A stretch of 64,000 nt of DNA from NCBI GenBank assembly GCA_934438175.1, contig CAKSBH010000002.1:47406-111405 (forward strand). The letters are read 5' to 3'. The translations under genes and the position numbers were made by a program. The stretch's first letter is position 1. The number at the start of each line of letters is the position of its first letter. The stretch is from an uncultured Eubacteriales bacterium. GTDB lineage: Bacteria > Bacillota > Clostridia > Oscillospirales > UBA644. Below are positions 32,669 through 42,459 of the stretch, one piece after another. The notes beneath the pieces are model-generated. The model saw nothing but the letters and a program-made list of their open reading frames with translations, did no database searches and had not been told where the DNA came from.

Positions 32669-35428
32669 TTATGACTTGTTTGCGGGGTTGCCGCAACACT
32701 TTTTATATTTTTTTCCGCTTCCGCAGGGGCAGGGATCGTTGGGTCCCACTTTCTGAGCGGCGGATTTGACAACGGGTTTGCGCTTTCCGGGTGAGGACAT
32801 CTGTTCTTCGGTTCCTTCCGAAGAGATCCGGGCGACCGCACGGCGCTGCAGGGCGTTTTCATCCTGGCGTACCCGCACGAACAGAACCTGCTGAACGGTA
32901 TCCCGTTTGATGTCGGAAATCATGGCGTCAAACATTTCCGCGCCTTCAAATTTGTATTCCACAACCGGATCCCGGTTTCCGTAAGCACGCAGTGACACGC
33001 CGCGCTTCAGTTCTTCCATGGCGTCGATATGATCCATCCAGTAGCGGTCTACCGTGCGAAGAAGAACTACGCGCTCTACTTCCCGCATGATATCGGGGGT
33101 GTTTTCCTTTTCGCTCAATTCGTAAAGCGTCTGGATCCGGTCAAAAAGAAGATCGGCGACAGATTCCCGTTTCAGGTGCTTCCGCTGTTCGTCGGAAGGG
33201 TTCTGTTCTTCTTTGGTAAGAAGATTGCCGGGGAACGAAGCGGCAAGCATCGTAAGATCCCAATGCTGGGGGTCGTCTCCCGTCAGAACGGCGTCACAGG
33301 CATCGTCGCAAACGGAGCGGGCCATTTTGATGAGGTGCTCCTTGATGTTTTCTCCGTTGAGGACGCGGCTGCGTTCGCCGTAAATCAGCTTGCGCTGTTC
33401 GTTGATGACATCGTCGTATTCCAAAACACGCTTGCGGCGTGCGAAGTTTGCGCTTTCCACGCGCTTCTGTGCCGATTCGATGGTGTTGGAGAGGATGCGG
33501 GCATCGATTGCCTGATCTTCCGGCAGGTTGAACATTTCGGCGATGGCGGAAACACGCTCGCCGCCGAACAGCCGCATCAGATCGTCTTCCAGCGACAGAT
33601 AGAAGCGGGTCTCGCCCACATCTCCCTGACGTCCGGCACGTCCGCGCAACTGGTTATCGATGCGTCGGCTTTCGTGACGTTCGGTACCGAGGATACAAAG
33701 ACCTCCCGCGGCTTTGACCTCTTCTGCCTCTTTTGCATATTCCTCTTTATAGGCGGCATACAGTTCCTTGAACCGTGCCCGTGCCGCCAGAATGTTTTCG
33801 TCTTCGGTGTCGGCGAAGCCGGTTGCCTGCACGATATATTCGTGCTCAATACCCTCTTTTTCCATCTGCGCCTTTGCCATATATTCCGCATTGCCGCCAA
33901 GGATAATGTCGGTTCCCCGTCCTGCCATGTTGGTGGCGATGGTTACGGCGCCTTTTTTGCCTGCCTGGGCAATGATGGCAGCTTCCCGTTCGTGATTTTT
34001 GGCGTTGAGCACGTTGTGCGGAATGCCGGCTCGTTTGAGCATCCGGCTGAGAAGTTCGGATTTTTCAATGGTGATGGTTCCCACCAGAAGCGGTTGCCCC
34101 TTGGCGTGCTTTTCTGTGATTTTCTGCACAACGGCATTGAACTTCCCGGCTTCTGTTTTATAAACAACGTCGTTCAGGTCTTTGCGGACCATCGGCTTGT
34201 TTGTGGGAATCTCCACAACGTCAAGCCCGTAGATTTCTTCAAACTCTTTTTCTTCCGTCAGGGCGGTTCCGGTCATGCCGGCAAGTTTTTCATAAATGCG
34301 GAACAGATTCTGGAAGGTAATGGTCGCCAGCGTTTTGTTTTCGTTCTCGATTTTTACGCCTTCTTTGGCTTCAATGGCCTGGTGCAGTCCGTTGGAATAC
34401 CGGCGGCCGAACATCAGACGTCCGGTAAACTCATCCACGATGATGACCTGCCCGTCCTTGACCACATAATCGATATCGCGGCGCATGGTGCCGATTGCCT
34501 TCATCGCCTGGTTGATATAATGCTGGAGTGCCACATTTTCGGGATCTGCCAGGTTCTCCACTCCGAAGAACTTCTGTGCTTTTTCGATTCCCCGTGCGGT
34601 GAGAATGGCGTTTTTGTCTTTTTCCTCCACGACATAGTCTGCGTCGGCTTCGCCGTATTCTTCTTTGGATTCCATTTCTTTTACTTTGAGAACGGTCAGA
34701 CTGCGGACGAACCGGTTGGCGCGCTCATACATTTCATCGGATTTTTCTCCCTGACCGGAAATGATGAGCGGGGTGCGCGCCTCGTCAATGAGAATGGAGT
34801 CCACCTCGTCTATGATTGCATAATGATGTCCGCGCTGGGTCATGCGTTCTTTGTGAACGACCATGTTGTCGCGCAGATAGTCAAAACCGAATTCGTTGTT
34901 TGTTCCGTAGGTGATGTCGGCGGCATAGGCGGCGCGTTTTTCTTCGTCCGTTCCGCCGTGAATGACCAGTCCGACGGTCAGCCCGAGAAAACGGTAGATC
35001 TTCCCCATCCATTCACTGTCACGCTGTGCCAGATAATCGTTGACCGTTACAACGTGGACGCCTTTGCCGGACAGGGCGTTGAGATAACAGGGAAGCGTGG
35101 CGACAAGCGTTTTCCCTTCGCCGGTTTTCATTTCGGCGATTCGTCCCTGGTGCAGAATGATGCCGCCAAGGATCTGACAGTCGAAATGCCGCATCCCCAG
35201 AACGCGGGCGGATGCTTCCCGCACCGTTGCGAACGCTTCCGGCAGGATATCGTCCTCCGTTTCGCCGTTGGCAAGGCGGGTCCGCAGTTCTGCGGTTTTT
35301 GCCTTGAGTTCATCGTCGGAAAGCGCTTGATACGGTTCTTCCAAAGCGAAAACACGGTTGGCAAGCGGGAGAATTTTTTTGATTTCCCGTTCGCTTTGTG
35401 TGCCGAACAGTTTTGTGAACAATCCCAT
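32669..35428 (-). CDS. secA: preprotein translocase ATPase SecA
   Basis: 919 aa; DEAD-like motor motifs [15 protein letters not shown]-terminal zinc finger [14 protein letters not shown]. Confidence 0.97.
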   Translation of the reverse strand: MGLFTKLFGTQSEREIKKILPLANRVFALEEPYQALSDDELKAKTAELRTRLANGETEDDILPEAFATVREASARVLGMRHFDCQILGGIILHQGRIAEMKTGEGKTLVATLPCYLNALSGKGVHVVTVNDYLAQRDSEWMGKIYRFLGLTVGLVIHGGTDEEKRAAYAADITYGTNNEFGFDYLRDNMVVHKERMTQRGHHYAIIDEVDSILIDEARTPLIISGQGEKSDEMYERANRFVRSLTVLKVKEMESKEEYGEADADYVVEEKDKNAILTARGIEKAQKFFGVENLADPENVALQHYINQAMKAIGTMRRDIDYVVKDGQVIIVDEFTGRLMFGRRYSNGLHQAIEAKEGVKIENENKTLATITFQNLFRIYEKLAGMTGTALTEEKEFEEIYGLDVVEIPTNKPMVRKDLNDVVYKTEAGKFNAVVQKITEKHAKGQPLLVGTITIEKSELLSRMLKRAGIPHNVLNAKNHEREAAIIAQAGKKGAVTIATNMAGRGTDIILGGNAEYMAKAQMEKEGIEHEYIVQATGFADTEDENILAARARFKELYAAYKEEYAKEAEEVKAAGGLCILGTERHESRRIDNQLRGRAGRQGDVGETRFYLSLEDDLMRLFGGERVSAIAEMFNLPEDQAIDARILSNTIESAQKRVESANFARRKRVLEYDDVINEQRKLIYGERSRVLNGENIKEHLIKMARSVCDDACDAVLTGDDPQHWDLTMLAASFPGNLLTKEEQNPSDEQRKHLKRESVADLLFDRIQTLYELSEKENTPDIMREVERVVLLRTVDRYWMDHIDAMEELKRGVSLRAYGNRDPVVEYKFEGAEMFDAMISDIKRDTVQQVLFVRVRQDENALQRRAVARISSEGTEEQMSSPGKRKPVVKSAAQKVGPNDPCPCGSGKKYKKCCGNPANKS

Positions 35429-35657
35429 GAGGGTCCTCCGTTTTTATCTGTTGATGGGTTCCGCCGTTTCTTGCGGGCGGAAGCCGAAGCTCCCGGGTTT
35501 CCGGGAATCGTTCCGTCCGGACATTCCGACGGAAGCAATTTTCTTTATTATACCATAGATAGAAATAAAAATCTATAGCATTTTTGTAATATGACTTGAA
35601 AAATTTCTTGTTATCCTGTAAAATAAAGAAGAAAGAACGGGAAAGGCGGCGATTGTC

Positions 35658-37203
35658 ATGGTAACCAAGGTGTTTTCTGTGGGGCTCTTCGGGCTTGACG
35701 GATATGCGGTGCAGGTGGAAACGGATGTTACACGCTCGGCGGAATTTGCGTTTGACATCATCGGACTTCCGGATGCCTCGGTCAAGGAGGCAAAAGACCG
35801 GGTTCGTACGGCCATTGTCAATTCGGGGTTCCGTCTTCTGGATCTGCACGCCGTAAGCAACCTTGCCCCTGCCGGGGTCCGGAAGGAGGGCGCCGGCTTT
35901 GATCTGGCGATGGCTCTCGGGCTGTTGTCGGCAACCGAGCAGATTCCGGCGGTTTTGGAAAAAGCCGCTTTTGTGGGTGAGCTTTCTCTTACCGGAGAGA
36001 TCCGCCCCTGTCCCGGTGTGCTGGCGGCGGTGATTTCGGCACGACAGTTGGGGTTTGAAGAAGTTTTTGTTCCTTACGCACGCCAATGCACCGGAGGGTT
36101 CGGTGGCAGAGGGAATCCGGGTCTTCGGCGTGAAAACGCTGCGGGAGGTGACGGAGCATCTGCGCGGAAGCGCGGAACTGACCCCGTTTCGGGTGGATCG
36201 TGCCTCTCTGACGGCAGAGTCCAGGCAGTCGGAGGTGGATTTTGCCGATGTGGTGGGGCAGCAAGCCGCCAAAAGGGCGTGTGAAATTGCCGCTGCCGGC
36301 GGGCACAATCTGCTTCTGATCGGTTCTCCCGGTGCCGGGAAAAGCATGCTTGCCAAGGCACTTCCCTCGATTTTGCCGGAAATGTCGTTTGCGGAGATGC
36401 TGGAATGCAGCAAGATCTATTCCGTGGCGGGGAAACTGTCGGCAGAGCATCCGCTGATTTCCCGGCGTCCGTTTGTGCGCACCAATCAGAGTATCTCGGT
36501 TCCCGGCATGACAGGCGGCGGTTCCGTTCCCGGTCCCGGCATCATTTCCCTTGCTCATAACGGGGTTCTGTTTTTGGATGAAATTGCGGAATTTTCTCCC
36601 AAGGTTCTGGACAGTCTGCGTCAGCCGCTGGAGGATCGCTGCGTGACCATCAGCCGCGTGAGAGGAACGGTTACATTTCCGGCTTCCTTTACGCTGGTGT
36701 GCGCGATGAATCCGTGCCCATGCGGGAACTTCGGTCATCCGACGCGTCGCTGTACCTGTACGCGCACGCAGATTGAGAAATATCTCGGGCACATTTCCGG
36801 TCCTCTGCTGGATCGCATGGATCTGCAGGTGGAGCTTCCGCCGGTTGCCGTAACGGAGATTCGCTCGGCGGTTCCTTCCGAAACCAGCGCCTCCATCCGC
36901 AAGCGGGTCAATTCCGCGCGCCGTCGTCAGGCGGAACGGTATGCCGGAAGTGGCTGTTCCTGTAATGCCGCCCTGTCGCCTTCTCAGTTGAAGGAGGTCT
37001 GTAAGACGCGCCTTACAGAAGAGGCGGGAGCATATCTGAACACGGTTTTTGAAAAAGGACTGCTTTCGATGCGCGCTTATGACAAAATCCTTAAAATTGG
37101 CTTAACCATCGCGGATTTGGCGGATTGCAGCACCGTTACGAAGGCGCATATTGCCGAAGCGGTTTTCTTCCGGTCTTTGGATCGCAAATACTGGAACCGC
37201 TAG
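35658..37203 (+). pseudogene. comM: Mg-chelatase-like AAA+ ATPase ComM/YifB, disrupted by frameshift (4-bp tandem duplication)
   Basis: N-terminal Lon-like domain in frame 0 (35658 to ~36080) and AAA+/C-terminal part in frame +1 (36086-37203: GSPGAGKSML, CPCGNFGHPTRRCTCT); junction ttACGCACGCcaat contains (ACGC)x2; removing one copy gives VPYANAPEG, colinear with E. coli YifB VPAANAAEA. Confidence 0.8.
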
Positions 37204-37248
37204 GGAAATGCAGCTTTTGGGGGTTTTTCTGATTTCAGTCAAACAAAA

Positions 37249-37280
37249 AGAGGAGATCCGGACGGGTCTCCTCTTTTTTT
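37249..37280. terminator. bidirectional rho-independent terminator between comM and serS
   Basis: AGAGGAGA-TCCGGACGGG-TCTCCTCT hairpin with A-run upstream and T-run downstream. Confidence 0.7.
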
Positions 37281-37287
37281 AGGTTTT

Positions 37288-38574
37288 TTATTTCCGGACA
37301 ATCTTGTCCTTGCCGCCCATGTAGGGCCGGAGGGCTTCCGGGATGCGGACCGATCCGTCCGGTTGGAGGTTGTTTTCCAGAAAGGCAATCAGCATGCGCG
37401 GCGGAGCCACAACGGTGTTGTTCAGTGTGTGTGCCAGATACTTCTTGCCGTCCTCCCCTGCGACGCGGATTTTCAGGCGGCGTGCCTGTGCATCGCCGAG
37501 GTTGGAGCAGCTGCCCACTTCAAAGTATTTTTTCTGACGGGGCGACCACGCCTCCACGTCCAGGGATTTTACTTTGAGGTCCGCCAGATCTCCGGAGCAG
37601 CATTCCAAAGTGCGCACCGGAATGTCGAGTGAACGGAACATGTCTACGGTGTTCTTCCACAGACGGTCAAACCACATTTTGCTGTCTTCCGGTTTGCAGA
37701 TAACAATCATTTCCTGTTTTTCAAACTGGTGGATGCGGTAAACGCCGCGCTCTTCAATGCCGTGCGCGCCCTTTTCTTTGCGGAAGCACGGAGAATAGCT
37801 GGTCAGCGTCTGCGGCAAACTGCTTTCCGGCAGAATGGTGTCAATGAATTTTCCGATCATGGAATGTTCGCTGGTTCCGATGAGGTACAGATCTTCCCCC
37901 TCGATTTTGTACATCATGGCATCCATTTCCGCAAAACTCATAACGCCTGTAACAACATCACTGCGGATCATGAACGGCGGGATGCAGTACGTGAAGCCGC
38001 GGTCGATCATAAAGTCGCGGGCATAGGCAAGAACGGCGGAGTGAAGGCGGGCAATATCGCCCATTAGATAATAGAAGCCGTTTCCTGCGACCCGGCGTGC
38101 GCTGTCCATGTCAATGCCCCGGAACGATTCCATAATCTCCGTGTGATACGGGATTTCGAAGTCCGGAACGATCGGCTCTCCGAAACGCTCGATCTCCACA
38201 TTCTCGCTGTCATCCTTGCCGATGGGAACGGAAGGGTCGATGATGTTGGGAATCGTCATCATGTTTTTGCGGATCTGCTCTTCCAGTTCGGTTTCCCGTG
38301 TCGTCAGTTCTTCAATGCGGGCTCCGGATTTTGCAATCTCTGCCTTTGCGGCTTCGGCTTCCTCCTTTTTGCCCTGTGCCATCAGCGCGCCGATCTGCTT
38401 GGAAGCCCGGTTCCGCTCGGCACGCAGGGCTTCGACTTCTCCTTTCGTTTCGCGCAGAAGGCGGTCTTTTTCCAGCACCTCGTCCACAAGCGGAAGCTTT
38501 GCGTCCTGGAATTTGTTGCGGATGTTTTGCTTGACAATTTCGGGATTTTCCCGCACAAATTTGATGTCCAACAT
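37288..38574 (-). CDS. serS: serine--tRNA ligase
   Basis: 428 aa; N-terminal coiled-coil arm, class II motifs; AAGAGGT RBS lies inside parB 3' end, 4-nt gap to parB stop. Confidence 0.95.
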   Translation of the reverse strand: MLDIKFVRENPEIVKQNIRNKFQDAKLPLVDEVLEKDRLLRETKGEVEALRAERNRASKQIGALMAQGKKEEAEAAKAEIAKSGARIEELTTRETELEEQIRKNMMTIPNIIDPSVPIGKDDSENVEIERFGEPIVPDFEIPYHTEIMESFRGIDMDSARRVAGNGFYYLMGDIARLHSAVLAYARDFMIDRGFTYCIPPFMIRSDVVTGVMSFAEMDAMMYKIEGEDLYLIGTSEHSMIGKFIDTILPESSLPQTLTSYSPCFRKEKGAHGIEERGVYRIHQFEKQEMIVICKPEDSKMWFDRLWKNTVDMFRSLDIPVRTLECCSGDLADLKVKSLDVEAWSPRQKKYFEVGSCSNLGDAQARRLKIRVAGEDGKKYLAHTLNNTVVAPPRMLIAFLENNLQPDGSVRIPEALRPYMGGKDKIVRK

Positions 38575-38578
38575 AATT

Positions 38579-39469
38579 TTATACCTCTTTTTTGTCGGTT
38601 AATTTTTCAATCAGGTCGTTCAGATCGTCCATGCTGTAATATTCCAGCACGACCGTCCCCTCTTTTTTGCCGTTTTTTTCTTCTCCGGGTTTTACCGTGA
38701 TGCGACGTCCCCAGGCACGGGTCAGTTGCTCCGAGATCTTCCGGTAATACACGGCGTCGTCCGTTGCCGGCTTTTTGCGGGTGAGTTTGCGGGGCTTTTT
38801 GACCATGTCCTCTACGGCGCGGACGGAGAGTTTTTTTCCCGCAACGGTTTTTGCGGTGCGAATCAGCTCTTCGCGGTTTTTTACGCGGTCTGCCAGTGCC
38901 AGCAGCGCGCGTGCGTGCCCGGAGGTCAGTTCCCCGGATTCCACCATGTCCAGAATTTCGTCCGGAAGTGCCAGAATGCGCATGGCGTTTGCCACGGCCG
39001 GGCGGGATTTGCTTACGCGTTCGGCTATCTGCTCCTGTGTCAGCCCGAAGTTTTCCATCAGGTTTTTATAGCCGCGGGCTTCTTCAACGGCGTTGAGGTC
39101 CTCCCGTTGCAGATTTTCGATCAGTGCAACCTCCAGCACCTTCTGCTCGTCCAGGTCGCGCACGATGACGGGAACCTCCTCCAGTCCCGCCAGTTTGGAT
39201 GCCCGCCAACGGCGTTCTCCGGAGATAATCTGATAGCGGTTCCGTCCGTTTTCCCGGACGATCAGCGGTTGCAGAACTCCGTTTTCGCGAATGGATTGCG
39301 CCAGTTCGTCAATTTTTTCTTTTTCAAAGGTTTTTCTGGGCTGTGAGCGGTTCGGCTCAACCGAGGAAATGCGGACAATCTTCAGAATGCCCGCGCCCAG
39401 TTCCTCTTCTTCGGTGCGGAGATTGTCTTCAAAGAGACCTTCCAGCCCTTTTCCGAGTCCTCTTGCCAT
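38579..39469 (-). CDS. parB: chromosome partitioning protein ParB/Spo0J
   Basis: ParB box GERRWRASKLAGL, HTH LTQEQIAERVSKSRPAVANAMRIL, C-terminal dimerisation domain. Confidence 0.93.
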   Translation of the reverse strand: MARGLGKGLEGLFEDNLRTEEEELGAGILKIVRISSVEPNRSQPRKTFEKEKIDELAQSIRENGVLQPLIVRENGRNRYQIISGERRWRASKLAGLEEVPVIVRDLDEQKVLEVALIENLQREDLNAVEEARGYKNLMENFGLTQEQIAERVSKSRPAVANAMRILALPDEILDMVESGELTSGHARALLALADRVKNREELIRTAKTVAGKKLSVRAVEDMVKKPRKLTRKKPATDDAVYYRKISEQLTRAWGRRITVKPGEEKNGKKEGTVVLEYYSMDDLNDLIEKLTDKKEV

Positions 39470-39484
39470 GACGTTCTTCCTTTC

Positions 39485-40255
39485 TTATGAATTGTTCCGG
39501 ATCAGTTCTTCTGCCAAGGAGCGGTATGCATCGGTGCCTTTGGCAAAGCGGTCGTAGTAGTTGATCGGCTTACCGTAACTGGGTGCTTCGGACAGCCGGA
39601 CGTTTCTGGGAATGACCGTCCGGAAGATTTTATCTGCAAAATACTTCTTGACGTCGGACAGAACCTGTGCCGTCAGGTTCAGCCGCCCGTCGTACATGGT
39701 GATCAGAACTCCTTCAATTTCCAGCGACGCATTGTACATTTTCTTAACCACGCGTACGGTGTTCATCAGTTGGGAAAGCCCCTCCAGTGCGTAAAATTCA
39801 CATTGAATGGGAATCAGTACTGAGTCGGCAGCCGACAACGCGTTGATGGTCAGAAGCCCGAGAGACGGCGGGCAATCAATGAAAACAAAGTCATAGTCCT
39901 GAAGAAATTCCGGGGTCAGGGCGTCTCCCAGTTTCAGTGCCCGTCCTTTTGTGTCGGCGAGTTCCAGTTCCGCTCCTGCAAGATCCATGGTTGCAGGAAG
40001 GACGGAGAGGTTTGCAAAAGGCGTCCTTATGACCGCGTTCGCTGCGGGTTCCTCGGGATTCAGCAGAACGTCGTATGTCGATCGGGTCAGTTCTTTTTTT
40101 CGGATGCCGCATCCGCTGGTTGCGTTCCCCTGCGGATCCAGGTCAATCAGCAGAACCCGTTTTCCTTTCTCTGCCGTACATGCCGCCAGGTTTACGACCG
40201 TCGTGGTCTTTCCGACGCCTCCCTTCTGGTTGGCGACGGCAATCACTTTTGCCAC
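39485..40255 (-). CDS. parA: chromosome partitioning ATPase ParA/Soj (GTG start)
   Basis: deviant Walker A NQKGGVGKTTT; start assigned to GTG (VAKVIAVANQKGG) with AAAGGGG RBS because an in-frame TATAAT -10 element lies inside the longer ORF-track frame. Confidence 0.88.
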   Translation of the reverse strand: MAKVIAVANQKGGVGKTTTVVNLAACTAEKGKRVLLIDLDPQGNATSGCGIRKKELTRSTYDVLLNPEEPAANAVIRTPFANLSVLPATMDLAGAELELADTKGRALKLGDALTPEFLQDYDFVFIDCPPSLGLLTINALSAADSVLIPIQCEFYALEGLSQLMNTVRVVKKMYNASLEIEGVLITMYDGRLNLTAQVLSDVKKYFADKIFRTVIPRNVRLSEAPSYGKPINYYDRFAKGTDAYRSLAEELIRNNS

Positions 40256-40285
40256 GGCATTTGCCCCTTTCCGTTTTTTTGTTTT

Positions 40286-40314
40286 ATTATAGCACAACGG
40301 CATTGCGAAATCAA
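40286..40314 (-). promoter_or_regulatory. promoter TTGATT-N17-TATAAT for parAB(-serS)
   Basis: minus-strand TTGATT (40314-40309), 17 nt, TATAAT (40291-40286), ~30 nt upstream of parA GTG. Confidence 0.55.
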
Positions 40315-40330
40315 GAGCGAAAAAACAAAA

Positions 40331-40347
40331 ATGTTTCACGTGAAACA
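40331..40347. other. parS centromere-like site 1 (TGTTTCACGTGAAACA)
   Basis: perfect 16-bp palindrome matching Firmicutes parS consensus tGTTnCACGTGAAACa; immediately upstream of parA promoter; coordinates +/-1. Confidence 0.8.
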
Positions 40348-40377
40348 ATGTCCGGAAACAGGCGTCCCGGTTTGGCG

Positions 40378-40394
40378 GTGTTTCACGTGAAACA
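40378..40394. other. parS centromere-like site 2 (TGTTTCACGTGAAACA)
   Basis: second identical 16-bp palindrome 47 bp from the first. Confidence 0.8.
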
Positions 40395-40469
40395 TAAGGC
40401 GGAAAAACAGGTTTTGTGTCAAAAACAGAAACGCCGAATATATTGGAACGAACAGAAGGAGGGTTTATC

Positions 40470-40796
40470 GTGGAAATTCTTTTGCGGATTCTTGCCGCGA
40501 TCTTTGTTGTTATCGGAATCTGTTTCTGTGTGCGGCTCCTGGTTCGTCTCCGCCGCGCGGATCTTTTCGGTGTGAGATGTCGGGTGCAGTTATCCTTTGA
40601 CCGGCCGGGGACCGGCGCTGTCGAGGGGGTTCTGCGGGGGTGGATCCTCCGCGTGGAAGATTTCGGGTGCCCGACGGAAATTGTTGTGTGTACGCGGAAT
40701 TTTTCGGAGGCGGACATTCGCGCGTGTGAGCTGCTTGCCGAAATGTACCCCACCGTTCTTTCTTTGCAAAACGATTCTTTGGACGAGGATGTATAA
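40470..40796 (+). CDS. hypothetical small membrane protein divergent from parAB
   Basis: GTG start after AAGGAGGG RBS (ORF track allows 40416); one TM helix ILLRILAAIFVVIGICFCVRLLV followed by Arg-rich segment; no known domain. Confidence 0.45.
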   Translation: MEILLRILAAIFVVIGICFCVRLLVRLRRADLFGVRCRVQLSFDRPGTGAVEGVLRGWILRVEDFGCPTEIVVCTRNFSEADIRACELLAEMYPTVLSLQNDSLDEDV

Positions 40797-40871
40797 TTCC
40801 GGATTTTTCTGCTTTTTGTTCGGAGCAGGACAAAGACCGTCTTTGAAGAAGGTTTTTCTTTTTCTGCTTTT

Positions 40872-40916
40872 CCGTCTGCTCTGCGCGGCTTTTGCGGGCA
40901 GACGGTTTCTTTTTTG
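40872..40916 (+). terminator. rho-independent terminator
   Basis: CCGTCTGC...GCAGACGG stem followed by TTTCTTTTTT. Confidence 0.6.
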
Positions 40917-40954
40917 TCGGCATCCTCCGTGTGCGATTTTTTGAAAATCAGGGC

Positions 40955-40983
40955 TTGATATTAAGAAGAAAATATGTTATAAT
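40955..40983 (+). promoter_or_regulatory. promoter TTGATA-N17-TATAAT for asnS
   Basis: TTGATA 40955-40960, TATAAT 40978-40983; only ~50 nt to asnS ATG so no room for a T-box leader. Confidence 0.6.
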
Positions 40984-41036
40984 GAAGGTTATAAAATAAT
41001 GCTGGGGTTTCCCCGGGATGTGGAGGTTTCTGGATT

Positions 41037-42431
41037 ATGGAAAGAACCAAAATCAAAGAATTGTTTCTTGCCCCCGAATCGTTTGCCGGCAAGACGGTAA
41101 CGGTGTACGGCTGGGTCAGAACCATACGGGATTCAAAGGTCTTCGGTTTTATGGAATTGAACGACGGCAGCGCTTTCCGCACCTGCCAGGTTGTTTTTGA
41201 AGACGGGACGGTCGATAATTTCAAGGAGATCGTCAAACTGAACGTCGGGGCTTCCGTTTGCGTCAGAGGAACGTTTGTTTTGACGCCTGAAATGAAGCAG
41301 CCGTTTGAGATCAAGGCGGCGGAAATTACGGTTGAAGGAGCATCCACGCCGGATTATCCGTTGCAGAAAAAGCGTCATTCGTTTGAGTTTCTGCGTCAGA
41401 TTTCGTATCTGCGCCCCCGGACGAATACCTTTTCCGCGGTTTTCCGTGTCCGCTCCGCAGCGGCGTATGCCATTCACAAATTCTTTCAGGAGCGCGGCTT
41501 TGTTTATGTTCATACCCCCATCATTACGGCGAGCGATTGCGAGGGTGCCGGCGAAATGTTCCGGGTGACGACGCTGGATCCCGAAAATCCGCCCCGCACC
41601 GAAGACGGCGCCGTGGATTATTCACAGGATTTCTTCCGGAAATCCGCGAAACTGACGGTTTCCGGGCAGCTGGAGGCGGAGTCGTTTGCGATGGCGTTCG
41701 GAAGCGTGTATACCTTTGGTCCGACATTCCGCGCGGAAAAATCCCTGACTACGCGTCATGCTGCGGAGTTCTGGATGATCGAGCCGGAAATCGCGTTTGC
41801 GGATCTTGCCGATGACATGGAACTCTCAAGAGATATGATTAAATATGTGATTTCGTATGTCATGGAAACCTGTCCTTCCGAGATGGACTTTTTCAACAGC
41901 TTCGTTGATAAGGAGTTGAAAGCGCGTCTGACTGGTGTGGTGGAGTCGGATTTTGCTCATGTGACGTATACGGAAGCAATCGAACTGTTGGAAAAGAATA
42001 ATGATAAATTTGAGTATCCGGTATCCTGGGGCTGCGATCTGCAGACCGAGCATGAGAGATATCTGACCGAGCAGGTTTTCCGCCGTCCCGTGTTTGTGAC
42101 GGATTATCCGAGAGAAATCAAGGCGTTCTATATGCGGCTGAACGACGACGGAAAGACCGTTGCCGCAATGGATCTGCTGGTTCCCGGCATCGGAGAAATC
42201 ATCGGCGGAAGCCAGCGTGAAGAGAGAATGGATCTGTTGGAGGATGCCATCCGTCATTTCGGGCTGGAGCCGGAGGATTATGACTGGTATCTGGATCTTC
42301 GTCGTTACGGCGGCTGCCGTCATGCCGGCTTCGGGCTTGGCTTTGAGCGGCTGATCATGTATCTTACGGGCATTGGAAACATCCGGGATGTCCTTCCCTT
42401 CCCCCGGACGTTCGGTTCGGCGGAATATTGA
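41037..42431 (+). CDS. asnS: asparagine--tRNA ligase
   Basis: 464 aa; N-terminal OB anticodon-binding domain, class IIb motifs [38 protein letters not shown]. Confidence 0.95.
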   Translation: MERTKIKELFLAPESFAGKTVTVYGWVRTIRDSKVFGFMELNDGSAFRTCQVVFEDGTVDNFKEIVKLNVGASVCVRGTFVLTPEMKQPFEIKAAEITVEGASTPDYPLQKKRHSFEFLRQISYLRPRTNTFSAVFRVRSAAAYAIHKFFQERGFVYVHTPIITASDCEGAGEMFRVTTLDPENPPRTEDGAVDYSQDFFRKSAKLTVSGQLEAESFAMAFGSVYTFGPTFRAEKSLTTRHAAEFWMIEPEIAFADLADDMELSRDMIKYVISYVMETCPSEMDFFNSFVDKELKARLTGVVESDFAHVTYTEAIELLEKNNDKFEYPVSWGCDLQTEHERYLTEQVFRRPVFVTDYPREIKAFYMRLNDDGKTVAAMDLLVPGIGEIIGGSQREERMDLLEDAIRHFGLEPEDYDWYLDLRRYGGCRHAGFGLGFERLIMYLTGIGNIRDVLPFPRTFGSAEY

Positions 42432-42459
42432 AGCACGATCTTGCATTGGAGGAGTATTT

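Noticed and set aside
31410-35578. Plus-strand ORFs 31410-32756 and 33029-35578
   Set aside because: Antisense to the SPFH gene and secA.
35658-37203. Possibility that the comM frameshift is programmed or that the two ORFs are separate genes
   Set aside because: The fragments are colinear with a single YifB/ComM protein, and the junction is a simple (ACGC)2 duplication. No slippery heptamer or stimulatory structure is present.
39485-40753. Extended 422-aa ParA frame from the ORF track
   Set aside because: The N-terminal 166 residues are Arg/Ser-rich nonsense and contain the parA promoter and both parS sites. The real start is the GTG at 40255.
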